A stretch of 64,000 bases of DNA from an uncultured Gemmatimonadota bacterium (lineage in GTDB: Bacteria > JAAXHH01), in the NCBI GenBank assembly GCA_951812955.1, contig OX638340.1, positions 2,176,001 to 2,240,000 of the forward strand, written 5' to 3'. Every line of letters begins with the position of its first letter. Position 1 is the first letter of the stretch. This document shows positions 30,677 through 40,611 of the stretch, piece by piece. The notes under the pieces are model-generated. The model was given only the letters and a program-made list of their open reading frames with translations. It searched no databases and was not told the DNA's origin. Position numbers and translations under genes: made by a program.

Positions 30677-31837
30677 TCATCCCACCCACACCGGGTGATC
30701 CGCGCCCAGGTGTTCGTATCCGTCCGTCAGCATACGCGCGCCGGTACCGTCGGCATTTGCCAGCCAGAGTCCGCTCGGTGACCCCACCCCGGCGCGGCAG
30801 AAGGCAAACATGGAACCGTCCGGCGACCAGGCGGAGCGGAAGTTCCACACTCGAGATTCATAGGGTATGAACTCCGTTTCCTCGCCCGTAAAGGGATCGA
30901 GCAGGCAGATGGCGGTGCCGCCGCGGGCTTCTTCGGGATAGTATTCCCGGTTGAAGTGGTCGATGTCCGGCCGTTGCGCCTGGTACGGCCAGGCCGTGCG
31001 GGAACCGGGCTCCGCGCGGGTGTACGTAACCCGTTTCCCGTCCGGGGTCCACTGGGCGATGTTTGAACCGCCGCCCCGGGATTCAGGGTTTCCATAGGAC
31101 GTGGCGAACCACTGGCGCTGGCCCGTCGTGACCTTCCGGTGGGTCGCGCCGTCCGGACTGCCGAGGCACAGATCGGCCCAGTCGTGTCCCGGATCATCGG
31201 GATAGTGGCAGTCCTGGTAGATCAGCCATTGCCCGTCCGGCGACCACATGGGACCGAAGTACAGGTGGCCCGGCGCCGCCGTGACTTCCACCCGGTTTCC
31301 TCCGTCCAGGTCGGACACGAAAATGCAGTAGCTGTCCCGGTCGGCCAGCATGGTCGCATGGTACGCGAACTTGCGGCCGTCCGGGCTGATCTGGACGCAG
31401 TAGACGAACCCTTCCTCGGCACCTGTGATCTCCCGCGGATCGGATCCGTCCAGGTCCATGGTCCAGATGCGCTGTTTCCCGTCGATGATGGGGTTCATCA
31501 CGAGACGTTCCTCTCCGGGCAGGATATGGGTGCACCCCATGAACGGCGCGGGCCGGTTCTTGAGGGCGATCTCCTCCAGCAGGCGGTCTTCTTCCAGGTC
31601 GTATATCCAGAGATGGACTCGCACATTGCCTTCCCAGGCTTTGCCCGGTTCGTAGCCGGACACGATCACCCTGCGGCGATCGTCGAACAGCGGTCCCCAA
31701 CCCCAGCTGGACATACCTGGAACATCCGGACGGGGATACCAGACCCTCGCACCGGCCGGGCTCGCGGGGTCATCCAGATCGGCCACGCCCAGCCGCCCGT
31801 GGGAGTTGAAAAGCAGTCGTTGACACGTGTTTTGCAT
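30677..31837 (-). CDS. TolB-like / PD40 WD40-like beta-propeller repeat protein
   Basis: Repeated xSPDG motifs (ISPDGRKFAY, WSPDGQWLIY, GSPDGATH, WTPDGKRVTY, WSPDGSMFAF). Probable start MQNTCQ at 31837. The longer ORF N-terminus is Arg-rich read-through. Confidence 0.65.
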   Translation of the reverse strand: MQNTCQRLLFNSHGRLGVADLDDPASPAGARVWYPRPDVPGMSSWGWGPLFDDRRRVIVSGYEPGKAWEGNVRVHLWIYDLEEDRLLEEIALKNRPAPFMGCTHILPGEERLVMNPIIDGKQRIWTMDLDGSDPREITGAEEGFVYCVQISPDGRKFAYHATMLADRDSYCIFVSDLDGGNRVEVTAAPGHLYFGPMWSPDGQWLIYQDCHYPDDPGHDWADLCLGSPDGATHRKVTTGQRQWFATSYGNPESRGGGSNIAQWTPDGKRVTYTRAEPGSRTAWPYQAQRPDIDHFNREYYPEEARGGTAICLLDPFTGEETEFIPYESRVWNFRSAWSPDGSMFAFCRAGVGSPSGLWLANADGTGARMLTDGYEHLGADHPVWVG

Positions 31838-31884
31838 GATGATTCCCGTTACGCTGGCCGCCGGGGTCTCCGCTACGCCCGCGC

Positions 31885-33042
31885 CTAGGGCGTCCGCCAC
31901 GCGATCCCGGCGTGGAAGCCCACATCGGGGGTGTTCTGATACTGGCTGAGATTCTCGGTCAGGGCCAGATCGAGTGACAGTGACTCCGACAGGGCGTACC
32001 GCACACCGGCTGTCGCCTCGATGGCCGTGCGGTTCAAGGGTCCGAGCCTGCTGCCGGGGAAGGGGCCGATGTTGGTCTGCGTCTGGACCAGCGCGGCCAG
32101 CCGGCCCGTGGTCCGGTATTCGAAGGCCAGCACGAGGGAAGTGATGGACCGCAAAGGGAATCCCTCGCCATGGGAAGGCCTGCCCAGCCGGCTGTGGGCC
32201 AGGTTGGCGTGAAAGACCAGGTGCTGCTCCGGCCGCCAGGTCGCGAACAGCGCCGCCTGGAAATCCGTTCCCCCGCTGCCGGTCAGCGTCTCCAGGTTGC
32301 CCGTGGACAGCTTCACGGCGCCGGCAAGGGCAAGGGTGACGTTCCTCCCGCCCAGGTACAGCGGCGTCTTCACCCGAAGCACAAGGTCCCCGGGCCGAAA
32401 GGCGGCGGACTCCACGCTTCTGATCCAGAAACGGCGGTTTCGGACGACGAATACGCCATAGTCGTTCCTGGGGGCCCACTCCCTGCCCCCGTTGGACAGG
32501 TTGAACATGCCGTGGAACCCCTCCACCACGCCATCCAGAAAGCCGCCGCCGTGCTTGAGGAAGGGCAGGGTCATGCCTGCCTGCAGGCGCGATGCGATTC
32601 GCCAGTCCAGGTCCACCGAGACGCGCAGGGTTTCCGAATCGACGAACAGCCGGTATTCGTTTGCAGGTGCGGCCCGGTAGTAGTCATCGGCGATCAGGGT
32701 ATCGCCCACGGGAAGGGTGCTCGCGTAGGTATTGGCGTAGTCGAACCGAACGGCCCAACGGGCCGACCGCCTCGGCAGCAGGTCTCCCGCATCGGGACGG
32801 AGTCCGAGGAACAACATTCTTACCGGGAACTGGTCCCGCTGCATGAAGGGACCGGTGGCAGGGGACTGGGAGAATACGGGAAAGGCGATGGTTAACAGGC
32901 TGCAAGCAACCGCCCGGCGCAACACGCGAGCCGCGCCCGGTAGGCGAGCCGCCCTTGGAAAACGAGCCGCACCCGGAAAGCGAGTCGCAGCACCCGGAAA
33001 GCGCTTTTCAACCTGGAAACGGTGCGATGTATATTCCGTCAT
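31885..33042 (-). CDS. Hypothetical secreted, possibly outer-membrane beta-barrel protein (DUF3187-like?), with a repeat-containing N-terminus
   Basis: Signal-peptide-like RRAVACSLLTIAFPVFSQ. An alternative GTG start at 32925 would skip the RFPGAA-repeat N-terminus. Alternating amphipathic beta-strand pattern. Family assignment is tentative. Confidence 0.45.
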   Translation of the reverse strand: MTEYTSHRFQVEKRFPGAATRFPGAARFPRAARLPGAARVLRRAVACSLLTIAFPVFSQSPATGPFMQRDQFPVRMLFLGLRPDAGDLLPRRSARWAVRFDYANTYASTLPVGDTLIADDYYRAAPANEYRLFVDSETLRVSVDLDWRIASRLQAGMTLPFLKHGGGFLDGVVEGFHGMFNLSNGGREWAPRNDYGVFVVRNRRFWIRSVESAAFRPGDLVLRVKTPLYLGGRNVTLALAGAVKLSTGNLETLTGSGGTDFQAALFATWRPEQHLVFHANLAHSRLGRPSHGEGFPLRSITSLVLAFEYRTTGRLAALVQTQTNIGPFPGSRLGPLNRTAIEATAGVRYALSESLSLDLALTENLSQYQNTPDVGFHAGIAWRTP

Positions 33043-33075
33043 TCCATGCTCCAGCCCAGGTCCCGCACCGGGATC

Positions 33076-34887
33076 TCAACCCAGGTAGGCCAGCGTCTGG
33101 CCCGCGATCACCTGGACGCCCGGGTTTATGGAGACATGGGTCACGGTACCTGCGACGTCGGCGGTGACCTGCATTTCCATTTTCATGGCTTCCAGGACCA
33201 CGATGACGTCCCCTTCCTCTACGGTCTGCCCGGGAGCGACCGCCACCTTGAGCACTTTGCCGGGGATCGGCGCGATAACCGGCGTGGTCCCGGCTCGTTC
33301 CGCCGCCTCAGACGCGGCCTCGGACGTATCGGGCTGCAGGTCGACATCATAGGCCTTGCCGTTCACGATCGCCGTTTTGCCCTCGATGCGCAGCGCGTAA
33401 CTTCTGCCGTTGACGGTCACCTGGTATCCACGGGGACCGTCCGTTCCAGGCAGCGCGTCTTCCGGCGGTTCCTCCTGGTCCTTCGCGGCCTTCTTGCGGA
33501 CGCCGATGAACCCCTCACCCTTCAGAAAGGCCACCCCCCGGTCGCCGCACGCCGCGACGATGAAGATGTTCTCGTCCGTATCCTCGATCCCGGCTTCCTT
33601 CAGCACGCTTCGAGCCGCTTCGATGCCCTTCTTCGGATCGTTGTCGTTCAGTTCCAGCACAGGCCGACGGTTGGGCGGCAGCCCAAGCTGCTCCGAGGCG
33701 ATGTTCACGACCACCGGGTCCGGGGGCACGGGCGTCTTGCCGAAATAACCCAGCACCATGCGTCCGTAGTCTTCGGCGATCTTCTTCCAGGGGCCCATCA
33801 TCACGTTGTTGAAAGCCTGCTGGAAGTAGAACTGGGAAACCGGGGTGACCGACGTGCCGTACCCGCCCTTCTCTACGACCTCGCTCATGGCCTTGATGAT
33901 GGCGGGATAACGGTCCATGATGCCATTGTCCCGGAGCATCTGCGTATTGGCGGTCAGGGCGCCGCCCGGCATGGGGCTCCAGGGGAGCAGGGGTTCGACG
34001 GCCACGGCCTCGGGGGGAAGGAAATAGTCTTCCATGCACTCCTTCAGGACCTCCGACGCTTCCCGCACACCGTCGGGGTCGATGTCCAGGTCGTAGTTCG
34101 TGCCGCGCAGCGCGTGCCACATGACGAGGATGTCGGGCTGCGAGGTGCCGCCCGAAACCGGTGCGAAGGCGAGGTCGATGGCATCGGCGCCGGCTTCGAG
34201 CGCCGCCTGGTACGCGGCGACGGCGATGCCCGACGTGTCGTGGGTATGATAATGGATCCAGGTACCCTCGGGCAGCAGCTTCCGGGCGGCCTTCACGGAT
34301 TCGTAGGCCTTGGAAGGCACGGCCGTGCCCGAAGCGTCCTTGAAACACACCGAGTCGAAGGGAATGCCGGCGTCGAGGATCTTCCTGAAGGTCTCCGTGT
34401 AGAACGCCGCGTCGTGAGCGCCCGAACATCCCGGCGGAAGTTCCATGACGGTGACGCACACCTGGTGCTTGAGGCCGGCCTCCGTGATGCACCGTCCGCT
34501 GTGCACGAGGTTCTCCACGTCGTTCAGGGCGTCGAAGTTCCGGATGGTCGTCATGCCGTGTTTTTTGAACAGTTCAGCGTGCAGACGGATGATGTCGCGG
34601 GGCTGCGAATCCAGTCCGACCACGTTAACACCCCGGGACAGGGTCTGCAGGTTGGCGTCCGGACCCACGGCCTCCCGGATGGCGTCCATCCGTTCGAATG
34701 CGTCTTCGTTGCAATAGAAATAGGGCGACTGGAACAAGGCGCCGCCGCCGGCTTCGAAGTAATCGATCCCCGCGTTACGCGCCGCTTCCACGGCGGGCAT
34801 GAAGTCCCGGGTAAATACGCGCGCGCCGTAAACGGACTGGAATCCGTCCCGGAACGTGGTGCACATGAAATTGACTTTCTTTTTCAC
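33076..34887 (-). CDS. oadA: Oxaloacetate decarboxylase alpha subunit (carboxyltransferase + biotinyl carrier domains)
   Basis: 603 aa. PYC_OADA/HMGL-like N-terminal domain (TTFRDGFQS; HxH). C-terminal biotin attachment motif EAMKM. Confidence 0.75.
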   Translation of the reverse strand: MKKKVNFMCTTFRDGFQSVYGARVFTRDFMPAVEAARNAGIDYFEAGGGALFQSPYFYCNEDAFERMDAIREAVGPDANLQTLSRGVNVVGLDSQPRDIIRLHAELFKKHGMTTIRNFDALNDVENLVHSGRCITEAGLKHQVCVTVMELPPGCSGAHDAAFYTETFRKILDAGIPFDSVCFKDASGTAVPSKAYESVKAARKLLPEGTWIHYHTHDTSGIAVAAYQAALEAGADAIDLAFAPVSGGTSQPDILVMWHALRGTNYDLDIDPDGVREASEVLKECMEDYFLPPEAVAVEPLLPWSPMPGGALTANTQMLRDNGIMDRYPAIIKAMSEVVEKGGYGTSVTPVSQFYFQQAFNNVMMGPWKKIAEDYGRMVLGYFGKTPVPPDPVVVNIASEQLGLPPNRRPVLELNDNDPKKGIEAARSVLKEAGIEDTDENIFIVAACGDRGVAFLKGEGFIGVRKKAAKDQEEPPEDALPGTDGPRGYQVTVNGRSYALRIEGKTAIVNGKAYDVDLQPDTSEAASEAAERAGTTPVIAPIPGKVLKVAVAPGQTVEEGDVIVVLEAMKMEMQVTADVAGTVTHVSINPGVQVIAGQTLAYLG

Positions 34888-35013
34888 ATTAGTTCCTTAC
34901 GGTTTGGAGGAATAGATGCTTTCTCATATCCTGTGCCACCCATATCTACATTGTATCTACATACATATCTACATTGTATCGACGTGCCCGTGGTACCGGT
35001 TTTTGCGCCGTGC

Positions 35014-36144
35014 TCATACGCCTACCAGCACCGACCATAGTATGCCCGCGGCGATCGCGGAGCCGAGAACGCCTGCCACGTTGGGCCCCATGGCGTGAAA
35101 CAACAGGAAATTCTGCGGGTCTTCGCGGTGCGCTTCCACCTGGGCTACCCTCGCCGCCATGGGCACGGCGGATACGCCCGCGGCGCCAATCAGCGGGTTG
35201 ATCTTGTCTTTGACAAACAGGTTCATGAACTTGGCGAAAAGCACGCCGCCGCTCGTCGCGATGCAGAATGAGACCACGCCCAGGGCGAAAATGAAGAGCG
35301 ATTCCAACGAGAGAAAGGCCTCCGCCTGCGTGCTCGCGCCGACCGAGAAGCCCAGCAGGATGGTGACGATGTCGATCATCGACGTGCGGGCCGTGTTGGC
35401 CAGCCGTTCCGTCACGCCGCATTCCTTGAGCAGGTTGCCGAAGAAGAGCATGCCCACCAGGACCACCGAGTCCGGCGCGATCATCGCGGCGATGATAAAG
35501 GCGACGATGGGGAAGATGATCTTCTCCCGCTGCGAGACCGTCCGGGGCGAAACCATGCGGATGAGCCGTTCCTCCCGCGTGGTAAAAAGCCGCATGATGG
35601 GCGGCTGGATGATGGGAACCAGGGCCATGTAGGAATACGATGCGATGGCGATCATGGACAGCAGGTGGGGCGCCAGTTTCGAAGACAGGAAAATGGCGGT
35701 GGGACCATCCGCTCCGCCAATGATCGCGATGGCGCCCGATTCAGCCGGAGTGAATCCGATGGCCATGGCGCCCAGCAGGGTCAGGAAAATGCCGATCTGG
35801 GCGGCGGCGCCCAGGAGGACGAGCCGCGGGTTGGACAACATGGCCGAGAAATCGGTCATGGCCCCGATGCCCAGGAAGATCAGGGGCGGGAAGATGCCTT
35901 CCCTGACCCCGAAATAGATGTAGTAAAGTACGCTTCCTTCGTCGTATACCCCGTGGCCGTCCCCTTCCATCATGGGGATGTTGCCCAGCATGATTCCGAA
36001 ACCGATGGGAACCAGGAGCAGCGGTTCGTACCTGCGGACGATCGCGAGCACGATCATGACCATGCCGATCAGGATCATCACGCCGTGTCCCCACGTAGCC
36101 GAGGCCAGGCCGGAAGCCGACAGAAAGTCATACAGTATCGTCAT
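35014..36144 (-). CDS. oadB: Na+-translocating decarboxylase beta subunit (OadB family)
   Basis: 376-aa polytopic membrane protein with OadB-like conserved segments (GIFPPLIFLGIGAMTDF, IIGGADGPT). Confidence 0.75.
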   Translation of the reverse strand: MTILYDFLSASGLASATWGHGVMILIGMVMIVLAIVRRYEPLLLVPIGFGIMLGNIPMMEGDGHGVYDEGSVLYYIYFGVREGIFPPLIFLGIGAMTDFSAMLSNPRLVLLGAAAQIGIFLTLLGAMAIGFTPAESGAIAIIGGADGPTAIFLSSKLAPHLLSMIAIASYSYMALVPIIQPPIMRLFTTREERLIRMVSPRTVSQREKIIFPIVAFIIAAMIAPDSVVLVGMLFFGNLLKECGVTERLANTARTSMIDIVTILLGFSVGASTQAEAFLSLESLFIFALGVVSFCIATSGGVLFAKFMNLFVKDKINPLIGAAGVSAVPMAARVAQVEAHREDPQNFLLFHAMGPNVAGVLGSAIAAGILWSVLVGV

Positions 36145-36166
36145 TTAATCCGCCCGCATGGCCTGA

Positions 36167-36430
36167 TTACCGGTTATTGTTTTTTTCGTCGAGTGCGAAT
36201 CCGACCGCCGCGGCCACGGCTTCGTCGTCGTGCGGGGATTCCGATTCGGTGGGGTTGTGCGGACTTTCAGGGAGTATACCCCCGATCGAGGCCATGACTT
36301 TCGGCAGCATGGCAATGCAGAAGCTGATCGCGGCGAGGGCCAGGAACACGATGAACATGCCGGTGAAGGCGATTTCAAGGCCCTGGCCGTCCACGATGCG
36401 TTGCCAACCGATATACAGGGGAGTGGACAT
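36167..36430 (-). CDS. oadG: Oxaloacetate decarboxylase gamma subunit-like small membrane anchor
   Basis: About 87 aa from MSTPLYIG. Single N-terminal TM helix plus a charged tail. Immediately upstream of oadB. Confidence 0.5.
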   Translation of the reverse strand: MSTPLYIGWQRIVDGQGLEIAFTGMFIVFLALAAISFCIAMLPKVMASIGGILPESPHNPTESESPHDDEAVAAAVGFALDEKNNNR

Positions 36431-36588
36431 TAGCCCTTTGACAGAATCCGTGGAGACATTAGATATTATCGATTGGATCAAATAAAGGGCGGAACGCGCT
36501 CCGGGCAAGGGATTTATGGTGTGAAAGCCGCCGCGTGAAAGGGTGGTTTCCCGCTGCCCATTCGAAGCCAGACACCAAGGAATCCGGT

Positions 36589-37896
36589 ATGAGCACCGAC
36601 ATCAGGAACATCACGTATGCACTGGCCCCGGACCGGGTATGGGACGGCGTTTCGGACGAGACGCGGGACGGGTTGGCCGTCGTGGTGAAAGACCGCCACA
36701 TCGACGCGGTCCTGCCGGTTGCGGAAGTCCCTGCCGACATGGAGACCGCAATCCTGCCGGACTGCACGCTCCTGCCCGGCCTGATGGACGCCCACGTCCA
36801 CTACAGTTCCGTCATGGGACCGGCGTTCCTGGCCGCGGGGGTAACCACGATCCGTGACGTGGGCAACGACCTGGCGTGGATCCTGGGCGAGCGCGAGCGC
36901 CACGCCAATGACCTTTCGGCCGGTCCCTCCATCCTGTGCTGCGGCCATCTGCTCGACGGACCTCAGGTCTACTGGCCCCAGATGGGCCGTGCGCATGGCA
37001 GGTCGGAAGAGATCGTCGAATCGGTCCGTCGGCACGCCGAAGCCGGGGTGGACCAGATCAAGCTGTACGCGGGCGTGGAACCACAATTACTGAAGGCGGC
37101 TGTTGACGCCGCCCATGAATCGGGTAAATTCGTGGTGGCTCATCTGCAGACGACTACCGCGGAGGATGCCGTACGGCTCGGGCTTGATGAATTCGAGCAC
37201 CTGGCCGGCTGCGGCGTAGCCTGGCGCGCGGCCTCCGAAATGGAAGACGATCTCATGATCGATCTGCTCCTGGAGCGTGACGTGATCATCGACCCTACCC
37301 TGGTGGTCTGGGACCGGCTCGGCCGCATCCTGGACCGGCCGTTCCACCACGACGCCCGGAAGTCCTGGGTCCACCCCCGCCACCTGGATATATGGCAACG
37401 GTACCTCAGCCGTTTCGGACCGCCGGAGCAACGGTGGAGATACCAGGGCGCCATGACGCACCTGAAGCGGTTCCTGCGCAGGGCGCATCAACGGGGCGTT
37501 ACCGTCGCGCTGGGCACAGATACGCCCTTTCCCCACCTCGTCCCGGGGATGAGCGTGCATGACGAACTCGCCATGTATACCGACGCCGGCATCCCGGCCG
37601 TGGACGCGCTCCGGTCCGCCACTGCCGTAAACGCCCAAGTGCTGGGCATAGACGACCGGACCGGTACGATCCGGCCGGGCCTGCGGGCCGATCTCGTCGC
37701 GGTACGGGGGAATCCCCTCGAACGGATAGAAGATATCGAAAACGTACACTGCACCGTGCGAGAAGGACGGCGTTTCGAACCGTCTGGACTGATGGAGGTC
37801 CATAGGTCGACCTTCGGCAGAGAACCCGACGGCGCGGTCACGCGGGATCTGCAGGATTACGTCGACGGCAAACTGTTGAATCGGCCGGCCTCATGA
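36589..37896 (+). CDS. Metal-dependent amidohydrolase family protein
   Basis: GLMDAHVHY metal-binding HxH motif. Probable start MSTDIRN at 36589. Confidence 0.7.
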   Translation: MSTDIRNITYALAPDRVWDGVSDETRDGLAVVVKDRHIDAVLPVAEVPADMETAILPDCTLLPGLMDAHVHYSSVMGPAFLAAGVTTIRDVGNDLAWILGERERHANDLSAGPSILCCGHLLDGPQVYWPQMGRAHGRSEEIVESVRRHAEAGVDQIKLYAGVEPQLLKAAVDAAHESGKFVVAHLQTTTAEDAVRLGLDEFEHLAGCGVAWRAASEMEDDLMIDLLLERDVIIDPTLVVWDRLGRILDRPFHHDARKSWVHPRHLDIWQRYLSRFGPPEQRWRYQGAMTHLKRFLRRAHQRGVTVALGTDTPFPHLVPGMSVHDELAMYTDAGIPAVDALRSATAVNAQVLGIDDRTGTIRPGLRADLVAVRGNPLERIEDIENVHCTVREGRRFEPSGLMEVHRSTFGREPDGAVTRDLQDYVDGKLLNRPAS

Positions 37897-38096
37897 AACG
37901 CATGATCAAGGACCTCCTGTTCTGCCTGATGATATCCGCCTTCACGGCGGCCATCCCCGCGGCAGGCGCAAGTACGCTGCTGGCGATGACCGGGATCATT
38001 GAGGACGACAGTGCACTGATCTGGATTTTCGTGGTTCTCGCGATACCTGTTTTCGTTTTTACCTACATGCGCGTTACGAGGAATTCGCGCGGCTGA
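37893..38096 (+). CDS. Small hypothetical membrane protein (67 aa, 2 TM)
   Basis: ATGA overlap with the amidohydrolase stop. Two hydrophobic helices. Confidence 0.35.
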   Translation: MKRMIKDLLFCLMISAFTAAIPAAGASTLLAMTGIIEDDSALIWIFVVLAIPVFVFTYMRVTRNSRG

Positions 38097-38230
38097 ATGC
38101 GGCTGAGCAAGCAGGCAACGGACCCCGCGTGGATGAGCACGGCCTGGCGCTTCTGAACGCGACCGGACGCGGCTGAGCAAGCAGGCAACGGACACTGAGC
38201 GACCTGGCTCTTCTGGACGCGGTCCGGCGC
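38090..38230. repeat. Intergenic tandem direct repeat (about 70-bp period; GCGGCTGAGCAAGCAGGCAACGGAC x2)
   Basis: Copies at 38099-38123 and 38169-38193, with partially repeated flanks. Confidence 0.7.
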
Positions 38231-38282
38231 GACGGTGGCGATTGAAAACGGATCAGCTCTCAACCCCTGGGAGGACGGCAAC

Positions 38283-38822
38283 ATGACGCAAAAGACGCAA
38301 GCGGCGACGCTGGGCGGAGGTTGTTTCTGGTGTCTCGAAGCGATCTATCAGCAGATCAAGGGCGTCACGGGCGTGGTGTCCGGCTATGCCGGGGGAAGCG
38401 TCGACAACCCGGATTACAAGTCCGTTTGCACCGGTGCCACGGGTCATGCCGAGGTCGTACGGATCACCTTCGATCCGGCCGCTATCAACTACGCGGATCT
38501 CCTGCATATCTTCTGGCGCATTCATGACCCGACTACACGCGACCGCCAGGGCGGGGACGTCGGTACGCAATACCGTTCGATCATCCTGTACCACGACGAT
38601 GAGCAGAAACGCACGGCCGAATACTCGAAGACGGAGGCCGACGCGTCGGACCTGTGGAGCGCGGCGATCGTCACCGAGATCGAACCGCTCACGACGTTCT
38701 ACGAAGCCGAGGCGTACCACCACGACTATTACCGCAACAATCCACGGCAACCCTACTGTTTCATGGTCATCGACCCGAAAGTGGACAAGTTCAGAAAATC
38801 CTTCCAGCACATGATTTCGTGA
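38283..38822 (+). CDS. msrA: Peptide methionine sulfoxide reductase A
   Basis: Active-site GGGCFWC motif. Start probably MTQKT at 38283. Confidence 0.85.
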   Translation: MTQKTQAATLGGGCFWCLEAIYQQIKGVTGVVSGYAGGSVDNPDYKSVCTGATGHAEVVRITFDPAAINYADLLHIFWRIHDPTTRDRQGGDVGTQYRSIILYHDDEQKRTAEYSKTEADASDLWSAAIVTEIEPLTTFYEAEAYHHDYYRNNPRQPYCFMVIDPKVDKFRKSFQHMIS

Positions 38823-38850
38823 TCCGCCGTAATCCAAGGAGTGCTTTTCT

Positions 38851-40320
38851 GTGCGCGTGGGCATCCTCTCGCTGATCCACGAATCCAATACCTTCAGCAA
38901 TACGCCTACGACCCTGGACCTGTTCCGGCGGGACGGGATCCTTACGGGCGAAGCCGTCGCCGACCACTTCAGGGGCGGATTCCACGAGATCAGCGGATTC
39001 CTGGAGGGCCTGGACGACGCGCGTATCGGCGCCGTACCGCTCTTCTACGCATCCACGCCCCCTTCCGGCCGGATTACGCGGGACACCTGCTTCGCGCTGA
39101 TCGAGATGATGTTCGAGCAACTCGCGGGCGCGGGGCCGCTCGACGGGCTGCTCGTCGCTCCCCACGGCGCCAATGCCGGCGAGGGAGCGGACTACCACGA
39201 CCTGGACGGCTACTGGCTTACGCGGCTGCGCAGGGAAATCGGACCGGACCTTCCGGTCATCTGCACCATCGATCCCCACGCCAATCTCTCAAGCCGCATG
39301 ATTTCGTCTTGCAACGCCACCATCGCCTACCGCACCAACCCGCACCTGGACCAGAAGCAGCGGGGTCTGGAGGCCACGTCGCTCATGGCCCGGACTCTTT
39401 CGGGTGAATTGCGTCCCGTACAGGCGGCATCCTTCCCGGCCGTGGCCATCGGCATCGAGCGCCAGGACACGTCCTCGCCGCCCTGCCTGCCCCTCTACGA
39501 ACAGGCAGATGCTTGGCTGAGGGAGGAGAGCGTCCTTTCCAACAGCATCGTCCTCGGGTTTCCCTATGCGGACGTGCCGGAAATGGGCTCGGCTATTATC
39601 GCCGTGACCGACGGCGATGCCGGCCTGGCCCAACACATCGCCGACGACCTCGCCGGATACCTGGTCGCGCACCGCGACGAATTCGTCGGCGAGTTCGTTT
39701 CCATCTCCGATGCGGTCGATGCCGCGCTGGGCAACGAGGGACCCGTGTGCCTCCTCGACATGGGCGACAACGTAGGCGGCGGCTCGGCCGCGGACGGCAC
39801 GCTCATCGCCCATGAATTGCTGGGCCGCGGCGACGCGCGGACTTTCCTCTGCCTGTACGACCCCGGGTCCGTCGAACAGGCCGTTTCCGCGGGCGTCGGA
39901 ACTCGGCTTACACTGGAAATGGGGGGCAAGACGGATGACCGGCACGGGCCACCTATCCGGACCGAGGTACGCGTACTGGGCATCCACGAGGGACGCTTCA
40001 CCGAATCCGCCGTGCGCCACGGCGGCAGGACGGCGTTCGACATGGGACGGACGGCGGTCGTGAGCACGGACAGCGGACTGACCGTCAGCCTGACGACGCT
40101 GCGGACGGTCCCGGTGAGCCTCGGCATGATGACCAGCATCGGCCTGGACCCGGCTGATTTTCAGGTGCTCATTGCCAAAGGCGTACACGCGCCCACGGCG
40201 GCCTACGCCCCGGTGAGCAAACGTCTGATACGGGTGGACACGCCCGGCGCCACAACGGCGGACATGCGGCGGTTCGAGTACCGGTACCGGCGGCGGCCGC
40301 TCTATCCTTTCGAAGACTGA
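38851..40320 (+). CDS. M81 family metallopeptidase, microcystinase MlrC-like (DUF1485 + MlrC_C)
   Basis: MRVGILSLIHESNTF start and overall MlrC architecture over 489 aa. Confidence 0.7.
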   Translation: MRVGILSLIHESNTFSNTPTTLDLFRRDGILTGEAVADHFRGGFHEISGFLEGLDDARIGAVPLFYASTPPSGRITRDTCFALIEMMFEQLAGAGPLDGLLVAPHGANAGEGADYHDLDGYWLTRLRREIGPDLPVICTIDPHANLSSRMISSCNATIAYRTNPHLDQKQRGLEATSLMARTLSGELRPVQAASFPAVAIGIERQDTSSPPCLPLYEQADAWLREESVLSNSIVLGFPYADVPEMGSAIIAVTDGDAGLAQHIADDLAGYLVAHRDEFVGEFVSISDAVDAALGNEGPVCLLDMGDNVGGGSAADGTLIAHELLGRGDARTFLCLYDPGSVEQAVSAGVGTRLTLEMGGKTDDRHGPPIRTEVRVLGIHEGRFTESAVRHGGRTAFDMGRTAVVSTDSGLTVSLTTLRTVPVSLGMMTSIGLDPADFQVLIAKGVHAPTAAYAPVSKRLIRVDTPGATTADMRRFEYRYRRRPLYPFED

Positions 40321-40445
40321 ACAGGCAGCGCACGAAAGACTGAACAGGCAATGCACGTGCGTATGCTCGGGCCGGATCCACCAGGTTCTCGCATGACCGC
40401 TCGCTTAACCGGCTTTCGCACGGACGCTCGAAGAGTCCGTATGCC

Positions 40446-40474
40446 TTGACAGTAAACCTCCCGGTGATTATGGT
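40446..40474 (+). promoter_or_regulatory. Sigma70-like promoter (TTGACA-17-TATGGT) upstream of the PhyH-family gene
   Basis: -35 at 40446-40451 and -10 at 40469-40474. The approx. 130-nt leader contains three ACGTACAAGA-like repeats. Confidence 0.45.
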
Positions 40475-40611
40475 TTTTCGGAATGCGCAGCAACCCGGAT
40501 GGTCAGGAAGCGGCCCTGTCCTGATTTCGGCAATCGAATACGTGCAGCGACCTACAAGATACATACTGAGACGTACAAGAAACGTACAAGAGACATGCAA
40601 GGAGAGACCAG

